Made by a program: the position numbers and the translations under genes. Positions 17,110-26,412 of a DNA stretch of 64,000 bases are shown piece by piece; the first letter of the stretch is position 1, and each line of letters starts with the position of its first letter. Source of the stretch: Parcubacteria group bacterium (GTDB lineage Bacteria; Patescibacteriota; Minisyncoccia; Phycocordibacterales; 21-14-all-47-15); assembly GCA_016181845.1 (NCBI GenBank), contig JACOYO010000005.1:2845-66844 (forward strand), given 5' to 3'. A model generated the notes under the pieces. The model was not told where the DNA came from, did not search any database, and worked only from the letters and a program-made list of their open reading frames with translations.

Positions 17110-17130
17110 GTTGGACATCGGATGTCCAAC
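17110..17130. repeat. REP1-family palindrome, copy d, 12 bp after the transposase stop
   Basis: gttggacatcggatgtccaac. Confidence 0.8.
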
Positions 17131-17138
17131 GGGTTGTC

Positions 17139-18491
17139 TTAATCGCCTTGCAAGATGTCAATCATATTTTGATATTTTTCCGCAAGCGCCATCACGTCGT
17201 CCCCATAAAACGCATACGATGGTTTCTGCCAATTACCTCCAGCCAAATACCGAAGCGCCGCGCGGCGCTCGGCGGTATACCCGCCAGCGCTAGCGCCGTT
17301 ATCCCGAAGCAAGAGCGCCGCCGCCATGAAAGCGTCTCCGGCATCCCACGGATTTGGCGGATTGTGTCCTGTCCGCGAAGCGATGGACGATTTATAGAGC
17401 TGCCATGTCGTCGGCATGAACTGCGCCGGTCCCATCGCCCCGCCGCATCCGTAGTATGGCGCCTTTGAAACTGGCATCGTATCGGGATTGAGGCCAAGCT
17501 CGCCGGTAATTGCAAGAAATGCAGATTTTTGATTTTCAGCCGATGTTGGATATCCTATGCTTATATAACATTGATACAAATCTTTTTTCCAATTACCAGT
17601 GCCGACATTTGCGCCGAGCTCCGATTCTTCGGCTATCGTCCCTAAAATAAATGCCGAGCGGACCCCAGTTGCCTTAGACGCCTTATCGGCAAATTGCAGA
17701 GCTTTTTCAAAAGGGATAGCCGCACTGCCACGAAGTGCAAACAACTCGCTTCTGATGACGGCTGCCGATTTTTCTTTTTGTTTGATAATCTGCTGATACG
17801 CATCTTCTTGCCCTTTGGTTATCTTGAGAATCTGTTTTTTATCGGCCTCACTTTGTTCTATGCGGCGTTGTTGCAACACCTGAATCCCGCGCAATTCTTC
17901 TTCTTCCGCCCGTTTTGATTCAAGCGCGTGCTTCTGCTCTTCGGTAAGATTTTTTGTATTTTCTATTTCATCAAGCGACTCACTCAACGCACGCCCAAGA
18001 AAATCGAGCGAATCAATGTCCGAAAACAAATCTGAAATATTTTCTTGCGCGAGAACAACTTCCACGATGGAGTACTGATCAACTTCGTTTGTCTTGCGCA
18101 CGAGCTGGGCAAGCGAGCGCCGTTCGCCGTCCATTTTTTCAATCAATGTACCTATCACTTTCTGTTTGTCTGCGATGTCGGTGCGTAATTTTTGAATTGC
18201 GATATCGCGGACACGAATGCTCAACTTGGCCTTCTCTATTTGAGCGTTCAAAATCGCGACATCCCGCTCAAGCGACACACGCTCACGCTGTTTGCTTTGA
18301 AGAACCGTCTGCTGTCCCGCGATTTCCTTCTCAAGATTGGCGAGGTCGTCCTCAAGCTGCGCGCGGCGGGCGTCAATGGTCGTGGCTATATCGGCGGCAA
18401 AAATATTCCCAACATTAAAAAAACCAAAAGACGCGGTTTGCCCAAAAACAAACACAAATATGCCTAGATAAAAAGACAATTTCTTCAACAT
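17139..18491 (-). CDS. Secreted or membrane-anchored coiled-coil protein with a C-terminal lytic-transglycosylase (SLT)-like domain
   Basis: N-terminal TM/signal, then ~250 aa of coiled coil. The C-terminus has GTIAEESELG...YYGCGGAMGPAQFMPTTW, with a catalytic Glu and a GLMQ-like block. Confidence 0.5.
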   Translation of the reverse strand: MLKKLSFYLGIFVFVFGQTASFGFFNVGNIFAADIATTIDARRAQLEDDLANLEKEIAGQQTVLQSKQRERVSLERDVAILNAQIEKAKLSIRVRDIAIQKLRTDIADKQKVIGTLIEKMDGERRSLAQLVRKTNEVDQYSIVEVVLAQENISDLFSDIDSLDFLGRALSESLDEIENTKNLTEEQKHALESKRAEEEELRGIQVLQQRRIEQSEADKKQILKITKGQEDAYQQIIKQKEKSAAVIRSELFALRGSAAIPFEKALQFADKASKATGVRSAFILGTIAEESELGANVGTGNWKKDLYQCYISIGYPTSAENQKSAFLAITGELGLNPDTMPVSKAPYYGCGGAMGPAQFMPTTWQLYKSSIASRTGHNPPNPWDAGDAFMAAALLLRDNGASAGGYTAERRAALRYLAGGNWQKPSYAFYGDDVMALAEKYQNMIDILQGD

Positions 18492-18520
18492 AAAAGATAT
18501 AAGTAGTATAGCATATTATA

Positions 18521-18556
18521 AAAAACCGCCTCGTCTGAAACAGGGCGGTTTTTTTA
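18521..18556 (-). terminator. Rho-independent terminator downstream of rplY
   Basis: aaaaaaccgcctcgtctgaaacagggcggttttttt is a perfect GC stem plus a T-run. Confidence 0.55.
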
Positions 18557-18560
18557 ATTA

Positions 18561-19217
18561 TTAAGCCTTGGTTTCGCTTGGCGCGGCCTCGCTTCCTTCT
18601 TCTTCTTTCTTGCCTTTCTTTTCCACTTCAATCGCAGAAAGGTCTATCGGCGCGGGCGCTTCTTCTTTTTCTTCAACTTTTTGAGTTATCATCGCGACTA
18701 CTTCTTCCGGATTATCCGTCGCCACTGCGCTTTCAGGAAGCGCGATATCTTTGATGGAAATCTGGCTGTCAAAATCTTTCAGCGTTGAAATATCAACTTT
18801 GATTTCATGCGGCAAATGTTTCGGCAACACTTCTATTTCCATTTCATACATCACTTTTACGAGCGTCCCGCCCAAATCTTTGACCGCAGGAGAAACACCT
18901 TCAAAAACAATCGGCACAGTAACCGTCACTTTCTTTTTCGCGTCAATCACATAAAAATCAGCGTGGATAGGCTCTCCGCGGACAGGGTCAAGCGTCACTT
19001 CATGAATCAAGATATCAAGCTTTCCTTCCGTGGTTTCAAGCGCAATCACCGATGATTCACCGGCTTCGTGCCATATTTTTTGAAAATCTTTCGTTGATAC
19101 AGAAACGGGCTTTGACGTGGTTTTTGAACCATAAAAAACCGCTGGCATTCTGCCTTCTTTTCGGAGCTTCGCGAGCCCTTTTTTCGCATCTCTTTTTTCT
19201 GTCGCTAATGTAAACAT
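18561..19217 (-). CDS. rplY: 50S ribosomal protein L25 / general stress protein Ctc
   Basis: N-terminus ..EKRDAKKGLAKLRKEGRMPAVFYG, beta-barrel blocks DFYVIDAKKKVTVTVPIVFEG, and an acidic C-terminal tail. Confidence 0.8.
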   Translation of the reverse strand: MFTLATEKRDAKKGLAKLRKEGRMPAVFYGSKTTSKPVSVSTKDFQKIWHEAGESSVIALETTEGKLDILIHEVTLDPVRGEPIHADFYVIDAKKKVTVTVPIVFEGVSPAVKDLGGTLVKVMYEMEIEVLPKHLPHEIKVDISTLKDFDSQISIKDIALPESAVATDNPEEVVAMITQKVEEKEEAPAPIDLSAIEVEKKGKKEEEGSEAAPSETKA

Positions 19218-19263
19218 ACACTACTGTATACACGAAAAACTCTTTCGTGTCAAAAAAATTAAT

Positions 19264-19287
19264 ATGTTGGACATCGGATGTCCAACA
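19264..19287. repeat. REP1-family palindrome, copy e; a solo copy between rplY and fba
   Basis: atgttggacatcggatgtccaaca. Confidence 0.8.
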
Positions 19288-19292
19288 ATTCA

Positions 19293-20144
19293 TTATGACT
19301 TGCTAAAAAGTCTCAAGCGCTTTTCGGCGGCTGTTCGCACCGCCTCTCGGGCATCATTCAAAATGTGATAAGGAGCAACGTCATCGGGATACCGCGACAA
19401 GTGATTTGCTACGGCGTCTTTCCACGCGACACGAATTTCGGTATTGATATGAATAATAGAGATTCCCGCTTTTATCGCGGCAAGAAAATCATCATCGGAA
19501 ATGCCGGAACCGCCATGAAGCACAAGCGGCACATTAGCGCTTTTTTTTATGTCGCCAATGCGCGCTATATCAAGACGCGGATTGGAAACGTTTTTCAGCA
19601 TGCCGTGAATATTGCCAACTGCCGGCGCAAGCATATCAACACCAGTTTCTTTAGCGAAATCTGCCGCTTCTTTGGGCTCCGTCAATTCCACCCCTTCGGG
19701 TATTGCATCTAATAATTTTGAAGAAACGCCGATAAAGCCAAGCTCTCCTTCCACCAGTACGTCGCGGCCAGAAGTGCCTGCGTATAAGACACATTGCTTG
19801 GTTATCGCAATACGTTCGTCTGCTGGCAATTTCGTGCCGTCAAAAATCACGGCATCCACTCCAGCGTCAATCGCATCTTTCACCTTTTCAAATGAATACG
19901 TGTGGTCGGCATTCACATACATCGGCACGCCAATCTCTTCCGAAATGCTTTTAACCGCTACCACCGCCTGCCTGATGCCGAAAAATTCGCGCTCTCCTTC
20001 CGAAAGTCCGATAATAACCGGTACGCCGACATTTTTTGCGGCAAGCGCAATCCCCCACAGCGCATCAATCGTTGAGATATTAAAATGCCCGATGGCAACA
20101 CCGCTCTTTACCGCGTCTGTTATTGTTTCTCGGAGTGTTTTCAT
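19293..20144 (-). CDS. fba: Fructose-bisphosphate aldolase, class II
   Basis: GVAIGHFNISTIDALWGIALAAKNVGVPVIIGLSEGE ... LVLHGGSGISDDDFLAAIKAGISIIHINTE are class II FBA/tagatose-bisphosphate aldolase blocks. Confidence 0.85.
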   Translation of the reverse strand: MKTLRETITDAVKSGVAIGHFNISTIDALWGIALAAKNVGVPVIIGLSEGEREFFGIRQAVVAVKSISEEIGVPMYVNADHTYSFEKVKDAIDAGVDAVIFDGTKLPADERIAITKQCVLYAGTSGRDVLVEGELGFIGVSSKLLDAIPEGVELTEPKEAADFAKETGVDMLAPAVGNIHGMLKNVSNPRLDIARIGDIKKSANVPLVLHGGSGISDDDFLAAIKAGISIIHINTEIRVAWKDAVANHLSRYPDDVAPYHILNDAREAVRTAAEKRLRLFSKS

Positions 20145-20169
20145 TACATTATGATATACTGTAAATAAG

Positions 20170-20318
20170 ATGTCAGATCTCTTGATTGGTAAAATATCGG
20201 CATTGGCCGTTTAGACGTCCGACCTCTGGATTGGTAAAATATCGACATTGGCCACAAATAAAAAATTACCACATCAGAGGTCGGACGTCTCGCACATCAG
20301 AGGTAGGACATCTTAAGT
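20170..20318. repeat. REP3-family MITE-like element: a 16-bp inverted repeat AGACGTCCGACCTCTG/CAGAGGTCGGACGTCT flanking a ~45-nt spacer, with tandem sub-duplications
   Basis: A near-identical ~110-bp element recurs at 51964-52073. It sits in the divergent promoter region between fba and the pfkB-family kinase gene. Confidence 0.7.
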
Positions 20319-20329
20319 ATATCATAAGT

Positions 20330-21319
20330 ATGGAAAATTTTGACTTCATAGCCATCGGCGACACGACGACCGATGCGTTTATTAAAATCAAACAGGCAAG
20401 CGTCTATAAAGACGGCGTAGGCGAAGAAAAACTCTGCGTTGAAAACGGGGCAAAAATCCCCTATGAATCTGTGACCGTTGTGCCGGCCGTTGGCAACAGC
20501 CCAAACGCGGCAGTCGCGGCGCACCGACTCGGATTGCAGTCCGCTCTTGTGTCAAATATCGGTGATGACGCCTACGGAAAAGAAGATTTGGAAACACTCA
20601 AAAAAAATGGCGTAGACACGCGATTCGTGAAAGTGCATACTGGAAAGCCGAGCAACTATCACTTCGTGCTCTGGTTTCATGCGGAGCGCACCATTCTCAT
20701 CAAGCACACGGAATACCCGTACGAGTTCCACGACATCGGAAAACCAAAGTGGGTGTACCTTTCATCGTTGGGAGAAAACTCTCTTTCGTACCACCATGAA
20801 ATCTCGGCATTTTTAAAAACGAACCCAGACATTAAACTCGCGTTTCAGCCGGGCACCTTTCAGATAAAGTTGGGCTACGAAGCGTTAAAAGATTTGTATG
20901 AAATGTCAGAATTGTTTTTCTGCAATAAAGAAGAAGCGCGCATAATTTTGAAGACTGCTCGAGACGACGCCGCGAAACTCGCAGAAATGATGCGCGAGCG
21001 CGGACCAAAAATCGCCATCATCACCGACGGTCCAAACGGCGCATACGCGGCAAATGGCAATGCGACATGGCACATACCGATGTATCCAGACCCTGCGCCG
21101 CCAATTGACCGCACCGGCGCCGGAGACGCATTCGCATCAACCGTCACTTCGTACATGACGCTCGGCATGTCTATTGAAGAAGCGCTCTTGCGAGGGCCAA
21201 TCAATTCCATGTCGGTCGTGCAGTTCGTCGGCGCGCAAGAAGGACTTTTGGGCCGTGAAAAACTGGAGGAATTGTTAAAAAAAGCGCCAAAAGAATACAG
21301 AGCAGAAAAAATAGGATAA
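20330..21319 (+). CDS. PfkB/ribokinase-family carbohydrate kinase
   Basis: An N-terminal GG-like block (FIAIGDTTTDAF) and the C-terminal anion-hole motif DRTGAGDAFAS. The start is the ATG at 20330; the ORF-track N-terminus is REP3-derived. Confidence 0.75.
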   Translation: MENFDFIAIGDTTTDAFIKIKQASVYKDGVGEEKLCVENGAKIPYESVTVVPAVGNSPNAAVAAHRLGLQSALVSNIGDDAYGKEDLETLKKNGVDTRFVKVHTGKPSNYHFVLWFHAERTILIKHTEYPYEFHDIGKPKWVYLSSLGENSLSYHHEISAFLKTNPDIKLAFQPGTFQIKLGYEALKDLYEMSELFFCNKEEARIILKTARDDAAKLAEMMRERGPKIAIITDGPNGAYAANGNATWHIPMYPDPAPPIDRTGAGDAFASTVTSYMTLGMSIEEALLRGPINSMSVVQFVGAQEGLLGREKLEELLKKAPKEYRAEKIG

Positions 21320-21339
21320 ACTATAAATCCCGCCGGCAT

Positions 21340-21762
21340 TCACGGCGGGATTTTATTGAAATCAGACTTTCCTCTTTTTTTTTCCAAAATGGAAAGTTTA
21401 AATTTAAGCAAGGCAATATTTAATTTATTGGCAAGGAATTCATACCAGATGGATCGAAGCCCTTGAAAATTACCGCGTGCGTTCTTAAACTCTTCAATTT
21501 TTGCTTTGTATTCGTCTATTTGAGCGGCCGACAAATGATGAATCTCCTCTTTCTTCATAGCCCGCTGCCCTTCTTCCACGAAATCAAGCCACTTCATGTC
21601 CTCCTCATTCAACAAACCCAAAAACTCTTGCACATTATCAATGGATGAAAAATGAGCGGTCTTTTTGAGAGCCCTTTCGTCTTTAATCAAAAGATGGACT
21701 TTCTCTCGAAAAAGTTTCATTTGGTCTGCTAATTCATTTTGTTGTGGATTTTCTGTGCTCAT
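21340..21762 (-). CDS. Hypothetical protein
   Basis: ORF with no recognised motif. Confidence 0.35.
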   Translation of the reverse strand: MSTENPQQNELADQMKLFREKVHLLIKDERALKKTAHFSSIDNVQEFLGLLNEEDMKWLDFVEEGQRAMKKEEIHHLSAAQIDEYKAKIEEFKNARGNFQGLRSIWYEFLANKLNIALLKFKLSILEKKRGKSDFNKIPP

Positions 21763-22748
21763 TTTCGTTCCTTTACTTTTTTTACTGCTGTTATAATTGA
21801 AGCTATATCAATACCGTATTCTTTTATCAGTTCATTGGGTTCGCCTGACTGCCCAAATCTATTTTGCACTCCGACAAATTCCATCGGAACCGGATATTCG
21901 CGGGCAAGCACTTCCGCAACCGCCGAGCCCATACCACCCATGACCTGATGCTCTTCAACCGTGACCACGGCTCCGGCTTTTTTCGCCACTGCAACAACCG
22001 CCTTTGCATCCATTGGTTTTATTGTATGATTATTTAACACTAAAACGTTAATCTTGTCAAGCGCCAACTGCTCTGCCGCCGTGAGCGCGTTGTGCATAAT
22101 AGAACCACAGGCGATAATCGCCACATCTGGACTTTCGCTCTCCCAAAGAAGATTCGCATTCCCTATTTCAAACGGTGATTCGTTCGTCGTGATAATCGGC
22201 GTTTTTTCGCGCGCGAAGCGGAGATATGTCGGCTTGCCATTAAACGCGGCGGCATACGTCGCTTTCCTCGCTTCTTCAGCATCGCAAGGAACGATAACTG
22301 TCATATTTGGCTGTACGCGCATCAGCGCAATATCCTCAAGCGCTTGATGGGTCGCGCCGTCTGGTCCTACCGAAACACCAGCATGCATACCGCAGATTTT
22401 CACAGGCGCGTCATTGAGCGCAATCGTCGTGCGAATTTGTTCGTTGTTACGCCCGGGAGAAAAGACGGCGTAAGATGAAATGAAAGGAATTTTCCCGTAG
22501 ACGGCAAGTCCTGAAGCCACCGTCGCCAGATTTTGCTCCGCCACACCGAGCTCAATGTATCGCTTGGGGAATTTTTCGGCAAACCAGTGCGAACGCGTAG
22601 ACTCCGCCAAATCGGCGCAGAGCACCACGACCCTCTCGTCTTTTTCGCCCGCTTCCAACACACCCTTGCCATAGCCGTCGCGGGTCGGTGCCTGTTCAAC
22701 ATCCGGGCTAAAAATATTTTCTTTCAGTTTTTGTGATTTGTTTAACAT
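21759..22748 (-). CDS. Transketolase, C-terminal subunit (pyrimidine-binding and C-terminal domains) of a split transketolase
   Basis: ..RDGYGKGVLEAGEKDERVVVLCADLAESTRSHWFAEKFPKRYIELGVAEQNLATVASGLA.. matches the transketolase Pyr domain. The adjacent upstream gene encodes the TPP-binding N-terminal half. Confidence 0.8.
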   Translation of the reverse strand: MLNKSQKLKENIFSPDVEQAPTRDGYGKGVLEAGEKDERVVVLCADLAESTRSHWFAEKFPKRYIELGVAEQNLATVASGLAVYGKIPFISSYAVFSPGRNNEQIRTTIALNDAPVKICGMHAGVSVGPDGATHQALEDIALMRVQPNMTVIVPCDAEEARKATYAAAFNGKPTYLRFAREKTPIITTNESPFEIGNANLLWESESPDVAIIACGSIMHNALTAAEQLALDKINVLVLNNHTIKPMDAKAVVAVAKKAGAVVTVEEHQVMGGMGSAVAEVLAREYPVPMEFVGVQNRFGQSGEPNELIKEYGIDIASIITAVKKVKERK

Positions 22749-22874
22749 ATTCTTAAATAATTTTGAATTTCCAATTTTTAATTTTGAATCAAATTCTAAT
22801 TTTAAATTAAGATATTCTAAATTTATTCGAAATTCAAAATTCAAAATTGTTTAAGATTTCATGTTTCATGAATA

Positions 22875-23735
22875 TTATTCATGTTCACTCTTAATCTTTC
22901 CGCCAAGCGTCCGCAATTCGGCCAAAAATTTTTTCGCTTCTTCGGGCTTCGGCGGCTTCCCATGCCAGAGATAATCAAATTCAATTTCTTTTATGCCTTT
23001 GCCCGGGATCGTGTGCGCGATAATCACCGTCGGTTTTTCAAAAATCGCTTTTGCTTCTTCAATCGCGGAAACAAATTGCTCAAAATCATGCCCGCCCGTT
23101 TCAATCACATGCCAATTGAATGCTCTGTATTTATCAGCAAGCGGCTCAAGAGGCATCACGTCTTCAGTCATACCGTTAATCTGGATATTGTTGCGGTCTA
23201 TCACCGCCGTCAGATTTGAGAGCTTGTTTTTGCCCGCAAACATCACTGATTCCCAAAGGTTGCCGGCATCGTGTTCACCATCGGATAAAAGGCAGTAGGT
23301 GCGGAATTTTTTGCCGTCCATGCGCGCGCCGTATGCAATGCCAGCCGCCTGCCCAAGCCCCGAACCAAGAGGTCCGGATGTGCTCTCCATAGATGGCATT
23401 CGCGTTCGTTCCGGATGTCCCTGCAGCCGTGAGCCAAATTTTCGCAGGGTGTTTAATTCTTCAATAGGAAAATAGCCGGCGTGCGCCATCGTAGCGTATC
23501 GTATCGGCACAATGTGGCCGTTGGAAAGAATCAAACGGTCACGTTCTTCCCAAAGCGGATTCTTGGGGTCGTGATTTAGAATATGAAAATAGAATGCGGT
23601 AAATATGTCCGCCATGCCCAAAGGACCTGCCGTGTGCCCGGAACCCGCCGCCACAAGCTCCGTAATAAGCGACTGCCTGATTGCATTTGCTTTTTCTTCA
23701 AGAAATCGTATTTTGTCGTCGTGAAGATGCGCCAT
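22875..23735 (-). CDS. Transketolase, N-terminal subunit (TPP-binding)
   Basis: GSGHTAGPLGMADIFTAFYF...LILSNGH...CLLSDGEHDAGNLWES...AVIDRNNIQINGMT carries the TPP-binding GDG/N motifs. Confidence 0.8.
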   Translation of the reverse strand: MAHLHDDKIRFLEEKANAIRQSLITELVAAGSGHTAGPLGMADIFTAFYFHILNHDPKNPLWEERDRLILSNGHIVPIRYATMAHAGYFPIEELNTLRKFGSRLQGHPERTRMPSMESTSGPLGSGLGQAAGIAYGARMDGKKFRTYCLLSDGEHDAGNLWESVMFAGKNKLSNLTAVIDRNNIQINGMTEDVMPLEPLADKYRAFNWHVIETGGHDFEQFVSAIEEAKAIFEKPTVIIAHTIPGKGIKEIEFDYLWHGKPPKPEEAKKFLAELRTLGGKIKSEHE

Positions 23736-23740
23736 AACTT

Positions 23741-24076
23741 TTATTTTCCGCTTTCTATGCCGAGTTTTTGTTCAACATATTTTAACCGCGCGTATAAGTC
23801 TTCCACTTCTATCGGACTCGTGCCTAACGGAGTAAGATTGTTTCTCAAATCTTCAATGTCGTTATGCAACAGACGAAAATTTTCTCCTGTTTTGAGTTCA
23901 AAATCTTCAAAACGCCGTTCAAGCGCATCAAAACGTTTATCAACCTGTTCAAAACGTTTATCAACTTGTTTGAAACGCTCATCTACATTTTCAAAACCTG
24001 CGGTAATAATCTCCGCCAGGTCATTTCGGAATTGTTTAAACTCACTTTGTAAAAATTGTTTCGTTTCTTCATTCAT
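23741..24076 (-). CDS. Hypothetical coiled-coil protein
   Basis: An ORF with repeated KRFEQVDKRF heptad-like segments. Confidence 0.35.
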   Translation of the reverse strand: MNEETKQFLQSEFKQFRNDLAEIITAGFENVDERFKQVDKRFEQVDKRFDALERRFEDFELKTGENFRLLHNDIEDLRNNLTPLGTSPIEVEDLYARLKYVEQKLGIESGK

Positions 24077-24747
24077 AATTGCCGCAGTTCTCTTATTGCC
24101 TCTATTATATCACCACTCCCCCAAATTGCAGAACCGGAGACGAGCCGATTTGCCCCAGCCAGCACGAGCCGAGACGCCGTTTCCACGCTTACTCCACCGT
24201 CAACACTCAACACAATTTCCGGAAAACGGCGGCGAAAATCTTTTAATTTGTCTACCACACGTTCATCAAACGATTGTCCCTGGTAGCCAATTTTTGCTAT
24301 GCCCATACATTGGATAAAATCAATTTTATGAATAAATGGCTCCACTGCTTCGTTCGGCGTGTCTATATTGAGCGCGAGGCCCACTTCTTTTAGTCCATCT
24401 TTCGGCAGTTCGTCAAAAATCGCGCCGTCGTCTTCCAGACTTTCAATATGAAAAATAATCCGACGCGCGCCCGCGAGAGCCCAATCAAGCGCGTGGAGCG
24501 AAGGGTTTGCGACCATGAGGTCAATTTCAAACTGCACATTCCCGATATGTTTGAACAAAAAATTCCCTTCCACCATGTCATTAAAAACTTCCTCGCTCTC
24601 GCCCGAGAGATATGGCCAGTCAACGGATGGAACAAACACACCGTCCATAACATCTATCTGGACTGTATCCACGAGCCCCTCAACACGCCGCACGTGTGCT
24701 TCAAGGTCGTGAATACTTTTAGGCATAATTGCAGGAATAATCTCCAT
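24073..24747 (-). CDS. rpe: Ribulose-phosphate 3-epimerase
   Basis: IIPAIMP...VQIDVMDGVFVPS...IDLMVANP...IFHIE...VDGGVS...SGSAIW are Rpe blocks. Confidence 0.85.
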   Translation of the reverse strand: MEIIPAIMPKSIHDLEAHVRRVEGLVDTVQIDVMDGVFVPSVDWPYLSGESEEVFNDMVEGNFLFKHIGNVQFEIDLMVANPSLHALDWALAGARRIIFHIESLEDDGAIFDELPKDGLKEVGLALNIDTPNEAVEPFIHKIDFIQCMGIAKIGYQGQSFDERVVDKLKDFRRRFPEIVLSVDGGVSVETASRLVLAGANRLVSGSAIWGSGDIIEAIRELRQL

Positions 24748-24824
24748 GTTAAAAATTTTTAATTTTGAATTTTGAATTTTGAATAAATTTTGAATATCTT
24801 AATTTTAAATTCAAAATTGGAAAT

Positions 24825-25283
24825 TCAGCGATAATTTCCAAATTGTTCTATTTTCTTAATCCTCCGAACATGCCGTTCTTCGTCTGAAAACGGTGTTTCA
24901 AGCCAAAGCTCAAGAGCCGCTCTTGCCTCATCTTCCGAAATGAACCGCGCGCCGAGCGAAAGGATATTCGCGTCATTGTGTTCACGCGCCACTTTTACGA
25001 TATCAAGCGACCCGCCATAGTAGACAATTGCTCGCACATGCGGAAACCGATTTGCCATCATTGCTTCCCCTTGCCCTGAGCCGCCCAAAATAATGCCGCG
25101 AACCGTATCAGGATTTTCTGAAACTTTGCGCGCCACCGGCGTTATGTAGTCGGGATAATCATCAGCCTGGTCGTACGCATACGGTCCGCTGTCAGCGACA
25201 TCATAGCCGAGCTCTTTTAAATATCCTTTGAGCTTTTCTTTGAGTTCAAAACCGGCATGGTCAGAACCGAGATAAATTTGCAT
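24825..25283 (-). CDS. rpiB: Ribose-5-phosphate isomerase B
   Basis: MQIYLGSDHAGFELKEKLKGYLKELGYDV...ILGGSGQGEAMMANRFPHVRA is RpiB/LacAB-family; the start is at 25281-25283. Confidence 0.85.
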   Translation of the reverse strand: MQIYLGSDHAGFELKEKLKGYLKELGYDVADSGPYAYDQADDYPDYITPVARKVSENPDTVRGIILGGSGQGEAMMANRFPHVRAIVYYGGSLDIVKVAREHNDANILSLGARFISEDEARAALELWLETPFSDEERHVRRIKKIEQFGNYR

Positions 25284-25296
25284 AATAAAAAAATAA

Positions 25297-26289
25297 TTAC
25301 TTGGAAAGAAACGGGGCGAGCGACTCAACATGTTTCAAAAGCATCGCCGAATATCCCCACTCATTGTCGTACCATGAGAGAATTTTCACAAGATCGCCGT
25401 CAACAACGCGCGTCATGTTCAAATCAACAATCGCGCCATACGGCTCGCGTATGATATCGGTTGAAACAATCGGCTCGTCGGTCGTCTTGAGTATCCCTTG
25501 CCATTCATCGCGCTTTTCGGCTTGTTTGAAAATGTCATTGATTTCTTCAACACTGGTTTTTCTTTTGGCGACAAACGTGAAATCAACAAGCGAGCCGGAG
25601 ATAACAGGCACGCGCATGGCAATACCATCAAAAATATCACGCATACCTGGAATCGCTTTTGCTGTCGCGACTGCCGCTCCTGTTGATGACGGCACGATAT
25701 TTTGCGCCGCGGCTCTCCCGCGCCGAAAATCTTTTGCTATCGGACTATCAACCAAACTTTGGCTTGCGGTATATCCATGCACTGTATTCAAAACGGCCTT
25801 CGCGACTCCGACCGTCCCCATCATCACCGCGACTACCGGCGTGGCCGCGTTGGTCGTACACGAAGCATTTGAGGTAATCGCAGAAAGCCCCGCCGTGTCC
25901 ACTCCCACATTCGGTGTAAACGTCTTTGCGTCATCATCTTTGACCGGCGCCGTAATCACGACGCGCTTGGCTCCCGCCCCTAGATGCGCTTTTGCTTTTT
26001 CGTATGAATCAAAAACTCCGGTAGACTCAACCACCACATCAATATTCAGGTCTTTCCAAGGCAGTCGAGTGGGGTCCTTTTCGGAAAGAAACACCAGGTC
26101 TTCAGAAATCGGCGTTTCGTATTTTCCATACACGCTATCGCGCCGCAACAGATACAAAAGATTTTCTTTTGAACCGAGGTCATTTATAGCCACAATATTA
26201 ACATTTGGATTTGCATACGCTTGTCGGAAAAATATCCGCCCTATTCTCCCGAAGCCATTGATAGCGATGTTGATTTTTTTAGTATTCAT
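25297..26289 (-). CDS. gap: Glyceraldehyde-3-phosphate dehydrogenase
   Basis: INGFGRIGR NAD-binding N-terminus and the SNASCTTN active-site block. Confidence 0.9.
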   Translation of the reverse strand: MNTKKINIAINGFGRIGRIFFRQAYANPNVNIVAINDLGSKENLLYLLRRDSVYGKYETPISEDLVFLSEKDPTRLPWKDLNIDVVVESTGVFDSYEKAKAHLGAGAKRVVITAPVKDDDAKTFTPNVGVDTAGLSAITSNASCTTNAATPVVAVMMGTVGVAKAVLNTVHGYTASQSLVDSPIAKDFRRGRAAAQNIVPSSTGAAVATAKAIPGMRDIFDGIAMRVPVISGSLVDFTFVAKRKTSVEEINDIFKQAEKRDEWQGILKTTDEPIVSTDIIREPYGAIVDLNMTRVVDGDLVKILSWYDNEWGYSAMLLKHVESLAPFLSK

Positions 26290-26412
26290 ATATGCAGTAT
26301 ATCAAAAAAGAGACCGCGGCAACATTCATTCTTGGCTTGACATAATATATAAATATGATAAACTATACAACAGTTAAGTATTTATTGTCATGATAAAAAT
26401 AAAGGAGAACAT

